In this document: piece after piece, positions 53,450 through 62,991 of the stretch
Layout of the letters: each line of letters begins with the position of its first letter
Position numbering within the stretch: the stretch's first letter is position 1
From: Candidatus Saccharimonadota bacterium
GTDB taxonomy: Bacteria; Patescibacteriota; Saccharimonadia; Saccharimonadales; UBA4665
DNA: 64,000 nt
Reading direction: 5' to 3'
Assembly (NCBI GenBank): GCA_028286245.1
Contig: JAQBRY010000002.1
Location: 142,779-206,778, forward strand
Made by a program: the position numbers and the translations under genes
Notes under the pieces: generated by a model
Told to the model about the DNA's origin: nothing
The model's input: the letters and a program-made list of their open reading frames with translations, nothing else
Database searches by the model: none

Positions 53450-54556
53450 ATGCCCGCTACTGCAACTCCTACCAGTCAGACCCTGAGCGACCTTTATGCT
53501 GATCCCCTCAGCTGCGCAAAATCCATTGGCCTAGCATACATAGAATCCCCCACCAGCGGTGTCACCAGACAGCGCCGTGGCAAGGGTTTTCATTACGAAC
53601 ACATTGGCAGCAGCAAAGCAGTCGATGCCAAAACCAGGCAACGCATCGAAGCGCTGGTTATACCGCCGGCTTGGCAGGACGTTTGGATCCACCCAACCGG
53701 CAACGGCCACATCCTTGCTACTGGCGTCGATGAAAAAGGCCGTAAACAATATATCTACCACCCAAAATGGCGAGCCATGCGCGACGGCATTAAGTTTTAC
53801 CGAATGATTATGTTTGCTGGCGGTCTGCCTAAAATTCGCCGCGATATCAAAAAGAATTTACAGCTTAAAAAATTAAGCCAAGGCAAGGTCATGGCCATCA
53901 TGCTCTGGATACTGGACAGCGCTTACATTCGTATCGGCAACGACAGCTACTTTCAAGCTAACGAATCAGTCGGCCTCACCACGCTCACCGACCGAAATAT
54001 TGTTATTGCCGGGCCAGTGGTGACGCTTGCCTTTAAAGGCAAGTCCGGGAAAGACCAGCAAATCACCTTCGAAAATGCCGGCATCGCTAAGGTGCTCAAC
54101 CAACTGCGCCAGGTTAAAGGTGCCCGCCTGTTCCGGTATCAGGACGCTGCTAACGACTGGCATGAGATTGATTCGGACGAAATTAATAAATATCTCCACG
54201 AACTCACTGGCCTGCAGATCTCAGCCAAAGACTTTCGGACCTGGGGCGGCACGCTAATGGCCTTTATGCACTTGCTGAGCGAACGGGCTGCAGAGGAGGA
54301 CAAAAAATCAGAAAAGGTGATCATAGAAGCGGTCGACCAAGCCGCGGCCGTGCTAGGTAACACCCGCAGCGTCGCCCGCTCGTCGTATGTCCACCCTCAC
54401 ATGCTCGATATCTACGGTTCCAAGGACTTCGAAAAGTACTATGCCCGCAGCGTCAAAGCGCGCAAAGTCGCCGGCCTGGACAGAAACGAATCCGAGCTCC
54501 TCCACTTCCTGGAACAACTCTTCGAGCAGGAGTTCAGGACTATCAAAACCAACTAA
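53450..54556 (+). CDS. DNA topoisomerase IB
   Basis: KGFHYEH...IEALVIPPAWQDVWI, AKDFRTWGGT, and the C-terminal RSSYVHP with the catalytic Tyr. TATTAT (53438-53443) lies 6 nt upstream of the ATG at 53450. The track's TTG at 53444 is less likely. Confidence 0.85.
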   Translation: MPATATPTSQTLSDLYADPLSCAKSIGLAYIESPTSGVTRQRRGKGFHYEHIGSSKAVDAKTRQRIEALVIPPAWQDVWIHPTGNGHILATGVDEKGRKQYIYHPKWRAMRDGIKFYRMIMFAGGLPKIRRDIKKNLQLKKLSQGKVMAIMLWILDSAYIRIGNDSYFQANESVGLTTLTDRNIVIAGPVVTLAFKGKSGKDQQITFENAGIAKVLNQLRQVKGARLFRYQDAANDWHEIDSDEINKYLHELTGLQISAKDFRTWGGTLMAFMHLLSERAAEEDKKSEKVIIEAVDQAAAVLGNTRSVARSSYVHPHMLDIYGSKDFEKYYARSVKARKVAGLDRNESELLHFLEQLFEQEFRTIKTN

Positions 54557-54615
54557 CGATAACCGGCAGGGCGGTATGTTACTACCCCAGTATCATAAGA
54601 GGATGGCTGTAAATT

Positions 54616-54641
54616 AAAAAGAACCCGAAGGGGTTCTTTTT
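54616..54641. terminator. bidirectional rho-independent terminator
   Basis: AAAAA-GAACCC-GAAG-GGGTTC-TTTTT, between the convergent topoisomerase IB gene and tRNA-Pro. Confidence 0.75.
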
Positions 54642-54661
54642 AATTGGGTGATTTTCGATGC

Positions 54662-54738
<77 letters not shown>

Positions 54739-54849
54739 TTTTCTAAAAAACGGGTCCTACCAGGTTAATTAGGCCAACTAAGTTAACCGAGCTAACAGAT
54801 GATGATTATAGCTTAGTCTCGGGTAAAATTCCAGTAATAGCCCCTATAC

Positions 54850-55644
54850 CTACAAAATAATTCTGATTTGTTCAATGCTATCGGCCAAACCGGCTTGATT
54901 GGACTGCACGAGTACCGCGTTAAATTGGCGCGCGCCCTGCACTTCTAGGACGTTTCGGGTGAGTTTTCCATCGCGCCAGCGCGGGATCACACTGGTGTAC
55001 GACACGCCCAAACTGGCGTCCAGCGCCCCGCACATACCTACATCGCTAATGTGCGCCGTTCCAGCCGGTAGCACCCGGGCATCGGCTGTAGGAACATGCC
55101 AGTGGTCGCCGACCACCAGCGTAGCCCGGCCGTCCAGGTAGTGTCCGATTACCACCTTTTCACTGCTGTAGTCACCGTGAAAATTAACCACGGTGGCTAC
55201 TTTTTGCGTATCACGCTCACGCTTGAGGATGGTATCTATGACCTGCAGAGGGTTATCGACGGGTTTGTCGGCGTCCTTACCTACTATTTGGCCGAGCAAG
55301 CTTACAACCAGCACTGGGCCAGCACTGGTAATTACATACTTATACCCAGCGCCAGCTGTGCCCTCCGGGTAGTTGGCCGGGCGTATAACCGGTTGGTTAG
55401 GGTCGGCCAGAGCCGCAAAAATATCGGGATTATGGAGAGTCCAGTTGCCGCCGCTGCAAAAGTCGACACCCATTTTTCTAAGACGGGCAAAATCGGTTCT
55501 GTCCAGGCCTTTGCCGTCCGTGACGTTTTCTGCCTGGGCAATAACTAGGTCGATTGAGCGTTCGTTACGTAGTCTGGGCAGCAGCTCTTCGACCGTTTTT
55601 AGGCCCAGCTCGCCCATAATGTCGCCGATATATAAAATATTCAT
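54850..55644 (-). CDS. ymdB: YmdB-type metallophosphoesterase (2',3'-cyclic-nucleotide 2'-phosphodiesterase family)
   Basis: MNILYIGDIMGELG...AQAENVTDGKG...GNWTL...NFHGD..., the calcineurin-like motif order of the TIGR00282 family. Lies directly downstream of rny, as in Bacillus. Confidence 0.85.
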   Translation of the reverse strand: MNILYIGDIMGELGLKTVEELLPRLRNERSIDLVIAQAENVTDGKGLDRTDFARLRKMGVDFCSGGNWTLHNPDIFAALADPNQPVIRPANYPEGTAGAGYKYVITSAGPVLVVSLLGQIVGKDADKPVDNPLQVIDTILKRERDTQKVATVVNFHGDYSSEKVVIGHYLDGRATLVVGDHWHVPTADARVLPAGTAHISDVGMCGALDASLGVSYTSVIPRWRDGKLTRNVLEVQGARQFNAVLVQSNQAGLADSIEQIRIIL

Positions 55645-55659
55645 GCCTGGGTCATATCC

Positions 55660-57168
55660 CTATTTGGCAAATTCGACAGCGCGGGTTTCGCGGATGACAT
55701 TTACCTTAATGGTGCCGGGATATTGCATGGTCGATTCAATCTTAGTGGCGATGTCACGGGCCAGCTTGATGGCACTCAGGTCGTCAATGTGTTGCGGGCG
55801 TACAAACACCCGGACTTCGCGGCCGGCACTAATGGCATAGGATTTTTCGATGCCGGGGAAACCGTTGGCGACGTTTTCGAGGTCGCGCATGCGTTCCGAG
55901 AAGTTTTCGGCACTCACATTACGAGCACCCGGGCGTGAAGCACTGATGGCGTCCACGACGCGTACCACGAGCGCTTCTACGCTAGTTGCTTCCACGTCGT
56001 CATGATGCTGCTCAGCCGCCAGGGCAACCTCTTCCGGCGCGCCGTACTTGCGCAGCATCTCACCGCTAATGTGGTGGTGCTTGCCTTCCATCTTATGCGT
56101 CAGGGCCTTACCAAGGTCGTGGACCAAGGCAGCATATTTAGCCGTCTTTACGTTGGCACCAATTTCTTCGGCAATCATGCCGGCAATATGTGCCATTTCG
56201 GTGCTGTGCTTAAGCACATTTTGACCGTAACTTGTACGGTATTTGAGCTCTCCGAGCAGGTGCAGGATCTCTTTTGGAATACCAATAATACCAACTTCAC
56301 GGGCAGCGTCTTCACCGGCCCGAGCCACGTCTTTTTCGACGTTCTTTTGGGCTTTTTCGACGATTTCTTCAATGCGGCCCGGGTGGATACGGCCGTCCTT
56401 CATGAGCATCTCCATAGCTTGGCGGGCGACTTCGCGCCGTACCGGGTCAAAGCTGCTCAGTACCACGTAGCCTGGGGTATCATCAACCATGATGTCGACG
56501 CCGGTGGCGCGCTGCAGGGCCTGTATGTTGCGGCCCTCTTTACCGATGATGCGGCCTTTCATATCTTCGTCTTCCAGTTTCACGCTGGAAATGGTTCGTT
56601 CAGCCGTAACTTCGCTGGACATGCGCTCCATTGCCGACGTAATAATAAGCGCCGCCTGCTCCTCAGCCGTCTCGCGGGCTTCGTTTTGTAGCTTACTAAT
56701 AAGACCGGTCAGGTCATTACGGATATCGCGCTCCGTCATTTGCAGCAGCTTGTCGGCGGCATCAGCCTTAGACAGCTTGGCGATCTTTTCTAATTTTTCC
56801 TGTTGGCGGCCACGGATTTCGCGGATTTCGTTTTTGAGCTGCTCCAGCTCATCTTCGCCCTTGCGGAGGTTTTCGTTGCGCTTATCGAGTTCGTCGAGCT
56901 TGCGGTCGAGCGTTTCTTCGCGGGTAATTAACCGTCGCTCTAGGTCTTTGAGCTCATTGCGCCGGCTCTGCTCTTCTTTGCGGCCGGCGTCGATGGCCTT
57001 GTTTGATTCTTCTCGAGCTTTATCAATCAGCGCACTGGCTTCTTTTTTAGCTTTTTCTAATTCTTTTTGGGCTTTTACTTCGGCTGAACCTTGGCGCTGC
57101 TTCATGACAACCGTGTTAGCGCCAAATCCAATAAGTAGCCCAAATACAGCAATGACTGCCTCTATCAT
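55660..57168 (-). CDS. rny: ribonuclease Y
   Basis: N-terminal TM helix, a long coiled coil, a KH domain (GRIIGKEGRNIQAL) and an HD domain (HSTEMAHIAG...LVHDLGK). Confidence 0.95.
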   Translation of the reverse strand: MIEAVIAVFGLLIGFGANTVVMKQRQGSAEVKAQKELEKAKKEASALIDKAREESNKAIDAGRKEEQSRRNELKDLERRLITREETLDRKLDELDKRNENLRKGEDELEQLKNEIREIRGRQQEKLEKIAKLSKADAADKLLQMTERDIRNDLTGLISKLQNEARETAEEQAALIITSAMERMSSEVTAERTISSVKLEDEDMKGRIIGKEGRNIQALQRATGVDIMVDDTPGYVVLSSFDPVRREVARQAMEMLMKDGRIHPGRIEEIVEKAQKNVEKDVARAGEDAAREVGIIGIPKEILHLLGELKYRTSYGQNVLKHSTEMAHIAGMIAEEIGANVKTAKYAALVHDLGKALTHKMEGKHHHISGEMLRKYGAPEEVALAAEQHHDDVEATSVEALVVRVVDAISASRPGARNVSAENFSERMRDLENVANGFPGIEKSYAISAGREVRVFVRPQHIDDLSAIKLARDIATKIESTMQYPGTIKVNVIRETRAVEFAK

Positions 57169-57339
57169 GGGATATCCTTTCTGATGCGTTCAGGCTGGCC
57201 TAGCAATCGCTATCACTTCACTAGCTACGGAACAGTCTGTTTGCGAAATATTGTACGTTTAAGAAATGTAATTTTAGGAATAGTCGCATCTAAATGCAGT
57301 TAATCCTACCCTAAATATACGCCCAATGGTAATTGGCGG

Positions 57340-58365
57340 TCAAATTTGGACAGAGAAGACCATGGTTCGCATAGTGTATTCTCCGGCATTTTTGTCGTAC
57401 GGGCCGCCACAGGTAATCAAATTAAGACCGGGCACGCCCGGCTGTACTGATCGCAAACCAAGGCCCAGATCGAGTGTTTTGGCGTCATAATCTTGCACTT
57501 TGACTACTTTGTATTGGAAGACAGTGTCATCACCGCGGGTAATTTTTATGATGTCACCGGCTTTGAGTTTCTTAATTGCCACAAAAACACCGGGCAGAGT
57601 AGGTCCGTGAACGTGGCCGTCTATAAGTATGGCTCCATTCCCGGCCGAATCACCCGGCTTGGCGCTGGCGTTATACCAACCGGCGTCGTAAATACTGTAG
57701 GGTGCCTGCAATTCACCGTTTGCGGTAATTCCCATTGGCTTAATCCGGGCGTTATTAACACCTATCGAATTAATAGTAATTAGTTTTGGTGAACCTGGTG
57801 CAACTTGGTAGGGCGCACCATTGGCTGGCGGCTTTGCTTCTGAAGGTGGTTGCCCGGGACTTAGGGCCGTTACCTCACCGGTACTGTCTGCCTTTTTTGA
57901 GCTTAGAGCGGCCACTTGTGCCTTGGTACTACTATTCGTTTGCAAGGTAATTAAGCTAACTATGAGACCAACAAAAAAGATAAAGCCTGCCATACCTACC
58001 AAAGCTATTTGCGGCCGGGAATACCGCGACCAGCGGCTCTGGTGCTTCTGCTCTAATATCGGTGCCGTAACGGCTTGGCGCTGCAGAACGTGTGAGGTCT
58101 GCTGCTTGTGTTGGGCTGGCCGGGCATAGGCCTGGGGCTCAACAATTGCCAACGGCGCGCTTGGTACCGCTACTAAAGGAGGCGGAGCCACTGGCTTTGG
58201 CGCCATGTGCTTTTGTGGTGGTGAAACAAAACTCGGATCCCGCACAATCTGGGCACGACTGCGGTTCACAATAGGAGCACGTACGGAGCGCGCCGCCAAA
58301 TTTGGCTGGCGCAATCTCCCGTAAAATGCTGGATTATCGAGACCGATTCGTGCGCGGTCGGGCAT
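57340..58365 (-). CDS. membrane-anchored sortase
   Basis: Pro-rich N-terminal region and one TM helix. The catalytic domain has ILIDGHVHG (His), LNLITCGG (TLxTC-type Cys) and a downstream Arg (YTMRTMVF). Confidence 0.8.
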   Translation of the reverse strand: MPDRARIGLDNPAFYGRLRQPNLAARSVRAPIVNRSRAQIVRDPSFVSPPQKHMAPKPVAPPPLVAVPSAPLAIVEPQAYARPAQHKQQTSHVLQRQAVTAPILEQKHQSRWSRYSRPQIALVGMAGFIFFVGLIVSLITLQTNSSTKAQVAALSSKKADSTGEVTALSPGQPPSEAKPPANGAPYQVAPGSPKLITINSIGVNNARIKPMGITANGELQAPYSIYDAGWYNASAKPGDSAGNGAILIDGHVHGPTLPGVFVAIKKLKAGDIIKITRGDDTVFQYKVVKVQDYDAKTLDLGLGLRSVQPGVPGLNLITCGGPYDKNAGEYTMRTMVFSVQI

Positions 58366-58393
58366 GTTTGTTTCCTTTGTGTTTTGTACCGTT

Positions 58394-60031
58394 TTAACGG
58401 CGAGTTGCAGGCTTTAGGCGGCGGGCTGCAATCAGCAGGCCGAGGCCGGCAATGGCTGAGGCACCGAAGGCCATCATTGGGTGGGCAGCAATCAGCTGCA
58501 TACCAGTGTCAGGTGTTTTTGGAAGTATAGCTGCATCTACTGCTGCAGTCGTCAGGACAACATCGTTGCCATCTCCACCCTTGTAGGTAATGTTGTACGT
58601 AACACCGCCAAGCGTTACTGCGGCGCCTTCGTCAAGGCCCGTAAAGGTGCCGGTAACGGCATCACTGCCATCATTATCGATGATGGTGTAACTCTGGCCA
58701 GTTTTTGGTACAAAGCCATTGTAGAGACTAGGCGTTAGTGTACCGCCCGTAACATCAACCGTACCTGTTACCTTGACTTGGTCGTAGCCGGTACAAGGAT
58801 CGGTGCCGCCAATTTCTTCTTGAAGTGTACCAGACAGTGTAAAGTTGCCAGTCGTCAGACAGCCAGGGCTGTTACCGGGAGCAAGGATAGCACCAGCGCC
58901 AACGTAGAGTACACCAACTGTACCGTGGCCTTTCAGTGTACCACCGCTGCTAACACTGACATCACCACGCTTACCATCGATGGTAACCACGGCTTTGTCA
59001 TTAATTTGAACTGAAGTACTCGCCAAATCATCACTTAGTGTTGTAGTCGACGCTGTAGGGCTGTACGTACCATTAGCGATACCGGAGGTGTTGGCGCTAC
59101 TGTTAATTACCAAGTCACCGCCATAGGAGTCAGTAGGCATTAGGAATGTAAAGTTACCGGAAAGGGCACCCGTAATCGTGGTTACCTTTGAGACACCACC
59201 AAAGGTTACATCGGCGCCAAGCGCAATTGCGCCAGTAAGCGTGGTAGCATCGTCAGATGTACTATACACGCCGTACGTCACATCGGAGCCACCACCGCCG
59301 CCGCCAGCACATGTTGCGCCGGTCTCAAGCTTACGCTCAGAAGGAGCACCAGCGCCATTGAGGTTTAGGTTTTCGGCCACTGTCAGTGGGCCACTACAGC
59401 TACCAACATCGAGGGTGGCACCATCATTTACTGTTGTTGCGCCGGCAGTTGTTCCTAATGCAGTATTCGTGGAAGCAATGATTACACCAGCACTAAGTGT
59501 TAGGGAGCCAGTAAAGGTATTAGCCCCGGTCAAGTATAAATAACCAGCACCGGTTTTCGTGAGAGCCCCGCTACCGCTAAGTACACCACCGAGGGTAATG
59601 TAGTCATCCGTACCAACGTTAATCGTCTGGGCACCACTAAAGGCAATATTAACGTTAAGGCTAGCGCCGGCCGAGGTGCTGTCAACAATGCCGCCGGTCA
59701 AGGTGATGTCATTACCAGTTACCGAGTAATAGGTTGACTCGCTGACGCCTAGCGTACCCGAAAAGGTAACACTTGCAAAGCTAGTACCTGCGGTCAGGTC
59801 GTTGACAGCCGTTTTGTTGGTAACCGAAGCTCCGTACGGAAATACAAGATCAGAGCCCGCAGCAGGAGCGGTGCCACCGGACCAGTTTGCGCCGGTGCTA
59901 AAGTTTCCGTCGCTGCCGCCGCCGGTCCAGGTTTTGGTCGCGGCACTCGCCAAAGGAATGCTAAGCGTTAGTAGTGATGACACGCTGACTAGCGTGGCGA
60001 GGCCCATTCGAGCCAATTTTGTGATTTTCAT
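58394..60031 (-). CDS. secreted beta-helical repeat (autotransporter-associated beta-strand repeat-like) protein with C-terminal cell-wall sorting signal
   Basis: Signal peptide. Repeated G-x-L-T/L-x-G-x-N-T-F/Y-x-G units. C-terminus LPKTPDTG (58502-58525), a hydrophobic helix, then ARRLKPATRR. Confidence 0.7.
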   Translation of the reverse strand: MKITKLARMGLATLVSVSSLLTLSIPLASAATKTWTGGGSDGNFSTGANWSGGTAPAAGSDLVFPYGASVTNKTAVNDLTAGTSFASVTFSGTLGVSESTYYSVTGNDITLTGGIVDSTSAGASLNVNIAFSGAQTINVGTDDYITLGGVLSGSGALTKTGAGYLYLTGANTFTGSLTLSAGVIIASTNTALGTTAGATTVNDGATLDVGSCSGPLTVAENLNLNGAGAPSERKLETGATCAGGGGGGSDVTYGVYSTSDDATTLTGAIALGADVTFGGVSKVTTITGALSGNFTFLMPTDSYGGDLVINSSANTSGIANGTYSPTASTTTLSDDLASTSVQINDKAVVTIDGKRGDVSVSSGGTLKGHGTVGVLYVGAGAILAPGNSPGCLTTGNFTLSGTLQEEIGGTDPCTGYDQVKVTGTVDVTGGTLTPSLYNGFVPKTGQSYTIIDNDGSDAVTGTFTGLDEGAAVTLGGVTYNITYKGGDGNDVVLTTAAVDAAILPKTPDTGMQLIAAHPMMAFGASAIAGLGLLIAARRLKPATRR

Positions 60032-60142
60032 TGTTAACCTTTGTATGTATTTTTATTTGTTTACACGTTCTAGGAATAACTATAAGCAGAACCGTAGTAT
60101 TGTCAACAGCTTTTTGGTAGCACTACCATAAACTGTGGATAA

Positions 60143-60535
60143 CTACTTTCGTGGCGCGGTTATGTGAGGCAGCGCACCGTATTCAGGGGTGACTATCTCG
60201 TCACTCTGCTGGTTTAGTAACCGGTTGATGCCCTGCTCGACCCAATCATCGCCCATTGTGCCGACAATAGGGGTAGCCTGGCTTTCGGCCAGCGCATTGG
60301 CCACGGTCAGCCCAATTCTTAGCCCGGTAAAACTGCCCGGCCCCTTAAAAACCACAATGCCCTGTACGTCGTTAAGACTAAGGCTCTGCGCCTGCAGTTG
60401 TTCTTGTAGCGTTAGGTGCAGCGTTTCGGCAAGTTCGCGGTGGGCCTGCCAGGTGTAATATGTAAGTTGGGTGGCATCATTATATATGCCGATTTCCGCC
60501 GTAGGGTTATCGGTGCGAAGTGTCAAGATAATCAT
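60143..60535 (-). CDS. tsaB: short TsaB-like protein (t6A biosynthesis, N-terminal half only)
   Basis: 130 aa. GIVVFKGPGSFTGLRIGLTVANALA is the TsaB/YeaZ signature. Adjacent to tsaE. Confidence 0.7.
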   Translation of the reverse strand: MIILTLRTDNPTAEIGIYNDATQLTYYTWQAHRELAETLHLTLQEQLQAQSLSLNDVQGIVVFKGPGSFTGLRIGLTVANALAESQATPIVGTMGDDWVEQGINRLLNQQSDEIVTPEYGALPHITAPRK

Positions 60536-60554
60536 AGTTATAAGTATACCCGTT

Positions 60555-61022
60555 TTAGAGACCAGTGGGCAGCAAATAACTTAATTCGTCACTGGCCGTA
60601 AAGTCGTAGCTTCGACTGTTTTCGGACGAGGCCGTAATAGCTATCCGCAGACGATGCTCCGGCAGCACATCAGCTACAATTCCGGCCCATTCCACAATTA
60701 CGACACTCTTTGGGTCAGACAGTACGTCGAGTAGCTCCTGCTTCATAATCCCGGCATCCGGGAGACGATAAAAATCCATGTGGTGAATCGTTAACTCACC
60801 GGCACGATATTCGTTGCTAATAGTAAAGCTCGGACTGCTGACGTGCTCATTACTACCAGCCCCCCGAACGATGCCCTTAGTAAAGGTGGTCTTGCCACCA
60901 CCCAGGTCACTCGCCAGCTCAATTACTTCACCACCGCACAGCTTAGCTCCCAGCGTCTCCGCCACGTGTAAGCTTTGTTCTAAGTCGATTGAATCGATGT
61001 GCCAGGTCTGCTCGGTACTCAT
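60555..61022 (-). CDS. tsaE: tRNA threonylcarbamoyladenosine biosynthesis ATPase TsaE
   Basis: SDLGGGKTTFTKGI (Walker A), SPSFTI and HMDFYRL. The ATG at 61022 is preferred to the track start at 61061. Confidence 0.85.
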   Translation of the reverse strand: MSTEQTWHIDSIDLEQSLHVAETLGAKLCGGEVIELASDLGGGKTTFTKGIVRGAGSNEHVSSPSFTISNEYRAGELTIHHMDFYRLPDAGIMKQELLDVLSDPKSVVIVEWAGIVADVLPEHRLRIAITASSENSRSYDFTASDELSYLLPTGL

Positions 61023-62349
61023 ATACTCCGTATAGTAGCGCGCCAGAGGCAACCATGGCAACTACCCAACCGTGAATCGGCCTTACCGAAAGGCTGCTTT
61101 GGCTTGCTGGCAATTGTGCCGCCGGGCTGTTTGGTTTAGCGTTAGCTGTGGTGCCGGACTTACTCGTCTTGGCTGCTGTTTTTGATTTGCTGGTTGTAAT
61201 AGCTTGCTTAATTACGTTTGCCTTTGAGGGAGTGGGTGTGGTGGTCCAATACCAAGCGCCCTTTGCCAGCGCCCAGGCCTGCCCATCTTTTGCATTGCTG
61301 TAATTAGCCGTTGTATACATAACCGTACCCAGCGGATCGACCAGCCGTACTTGGCCGCCGGTGTTACTGAGGGTTAGGTTGGTGGCCTCAGAATAATACG
61401 TTACAAAACTTTTGGGCTGGATTACGACATCGGCCGCAAAAACATAACTGTGCGTAATGGTTGTGCCGGTTTTAAACGCATATCCGCCGAGTCGGAATGG
61501 AGCACTATTCGGATTATAGAGTTCGATGAATTCATCAGTTGCATCGGTGCCCGTGCCAATGGGGTTTGGCAACAGCTCAGTAATTTCCGGGCTCAGCAGC
61601 CCAATGTTAGTTGATGGAATACTGGGAGCAGGCGGATCAGTCGTTGCCGCAATGCTCACAATACTTGAAGGAGCCACGTCAGACTGCTGAGCAGGCGTAA
61701 CATCCACCGCTTGGCGAACGGTAGTGCTACCGCTGATAATTACCGCATTGATTTGGCACTGACCTGTACTACTCACTTCTGCCAGCTGCCATTTATAGCC
61801 TGCCGGCCCGGCGTAGCGATAATACAGCGCCTGCGGGCTCTTAGTGGATGAGGGTACATTCTGAATAACACCGCTCGCACCGCTGTTCCAGCTCACCTGA
61901 TCTTGGGGTGTTTGCTGAATGGCACCATTTTGGTCTTGCGTCATTTGGGTGAGCTGCAAAAAGCCACTACCATCCGTAAGGCTAACACCTAGGTTACCGG
62001 CAATCCCCGCACCGCATGTGGCCTTAGCGTCACTACTAAGCAGCAGCGTCTGCCCTGCCCTAAGTGGAGTAGGCGGCAGTTGCTGCGAGCTAGTAGTGAC
62101 CCCCTTGGCAAGCGGGCTGGTACTGTTAAAACTTTGGAGCCAGAAGCTGCTTAGATCATCTATATCGTTGCCGCTATTATTTTGGAGTACTAAAAATTCA
62201 TCACCAGTCATTTTTATTTGAGCAATCGCCAGTGTCTGGGGCGTAGCTATTGGCGGTGGTAGGCCGTCCGCACCAGCACTTACGGCCTGGCTCATTGCAA
62301 TAATTATTGTTAGCAACAGCCCGGAAATTGATTTGGAAATGTATTTCAT
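60943..62349 (-). CDS. secreted protein with two lamin-tail-like domains and C-terminal TM anchor
   Basis: Signal peptide from the ATG at 62349 (MKYISKSISGLLLTIIIAMSQAVSA). IAQIKMTGDEFLVLQNNSGNDIDL and ITELLPNPIGTGTDATDEFIELYNPNSAPFRLGGY (LTD signature). C-terminal TM helix. The 3' end overlaps tsaE by 80 nt. Confidence 0.65.
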   Translation of the reverse strand: MKYISKSISGLLLTIIIAMSQAVSAGADGLPPPIATPQTLAIAQIKMTGDEFLVLQNNSGNDIDDLSSFWLQSFNSTSPLAKGVTTSSQQLPPTPLRAGQTLLLSSDAKATCGAGIAGNLGVSLTDGSGFLQLTQMTQDQNGAIQQTPQDQVSWNSGASGVIQNVPSSTKSPQALYYRYAGPAGYKWQLAEVSSTGQCQINAVIISGSTTVRQAVDVTPAQQSDVAPSSIVSIAATTDPPAPSIPSTNIGLLSPEITELLPNPIGTGTDATDEFIELYNPNSAPFRLGGYAFKTGTTITHSYVFAADVVIQPKSFVTYYSEATNLTLSNTGGQVRLVDPLGTVMYTTANYSNAKDGQAWALAKGAWYWTTTPTPSKANVIKQAITTSKSKTAAKTSKSGTTANAKPNSPAAQLPASQSSLSVRPIHGWVVAMVASGALLYGVYEYRADLAHRFNRLRTKLTRGGDAGS

Positions 62350-62469
62350 AATGCCAGGATTGTAGGGGCAGCTGCGGCTACCGGCAAGCACCAGCACTTT
62401 GAATCTGCTCTAAACATTAATTTAGTTAATATTTGAGCGTAGATCCAGCCGCCGCGCTATACTAGGAGC

Positions 62470-62988
62470 ATGTTGCAACTCAGTGCTGCCTTACTCAATA
62501 AATCCGTTATGTCCCTGCGGACCGGTATGCCTATTGCTACCGTAACAGCTCCCATTTTTAATCCGGATAATCTCAAAATTGAAGGCTTTTATTGCCAAGA
62601 CCGCTTTGATAAAAAAGAATTGATACTACTGTATCAAGATATCCGTGAAACGCTCTCTCGGGGATACGTCGTGAATGATTATGAAGTTTTAGTGGAACCA
62701 ACTGAGCTCGTCCGGCTCAAAAAGATTCTGGAGCTCGACTACGAAATCATTGGCAAAAAGGTAGTAACCGTTAGCAAACAAAAGGTTGGTAAGGTGTCCG
62801 ACTATGCTACCGAAACCGAAACCATGTTTGTGCAAAAGATTTATGTGTCTCAGTCGATTCTAAAAAGTTTAACCGGTGGTAGTTTGAGCATAGATAGAAC
62901 GCAAATAAATGAGATTACCCCTAAAAATATCATCATCAACGAGCTTAGCAAAAAGGCTCCAGCCGGCGTACCGGCAGCTGTTGTCTGA
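62470..62988 (+). CDS. tandem PRC-barrel-like domain protein
   Basis: LLNKSVMSLRTGMPIATVTAPIFNPDNLKIEGFY and IIGKKVVTVSKQKVGKVSDY fit the PRC-barrel pattern twice. TATACT lies 6 nt upstream of the ATG. Confidence 0.55.
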   Translation: MLQLSAALLNKSVMSLRTGMPIATVTAPIFNPDNLKIEGFYCQDRFDKKELILLYQDIRETLSRGYVVNDYEVLVEPTELVRLKKILELDYEIIGKKVVTVSKQKVGKVSDYATETETMFVQKIYVSQSILKSLTGGSLSIDRTQINEITPKNIIINELSKKAPAGVPAAVV

Positions 62989-62991
62989 TGG

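Noticed and set aside
56002-57184. 229-aa and 231-aa plus-strand ORFs
   Set aside because: They are antisense to rny, which is unambiguous (KH and HD domains). The products are Ser/Arg/Phe-rich low-complexity sequences.
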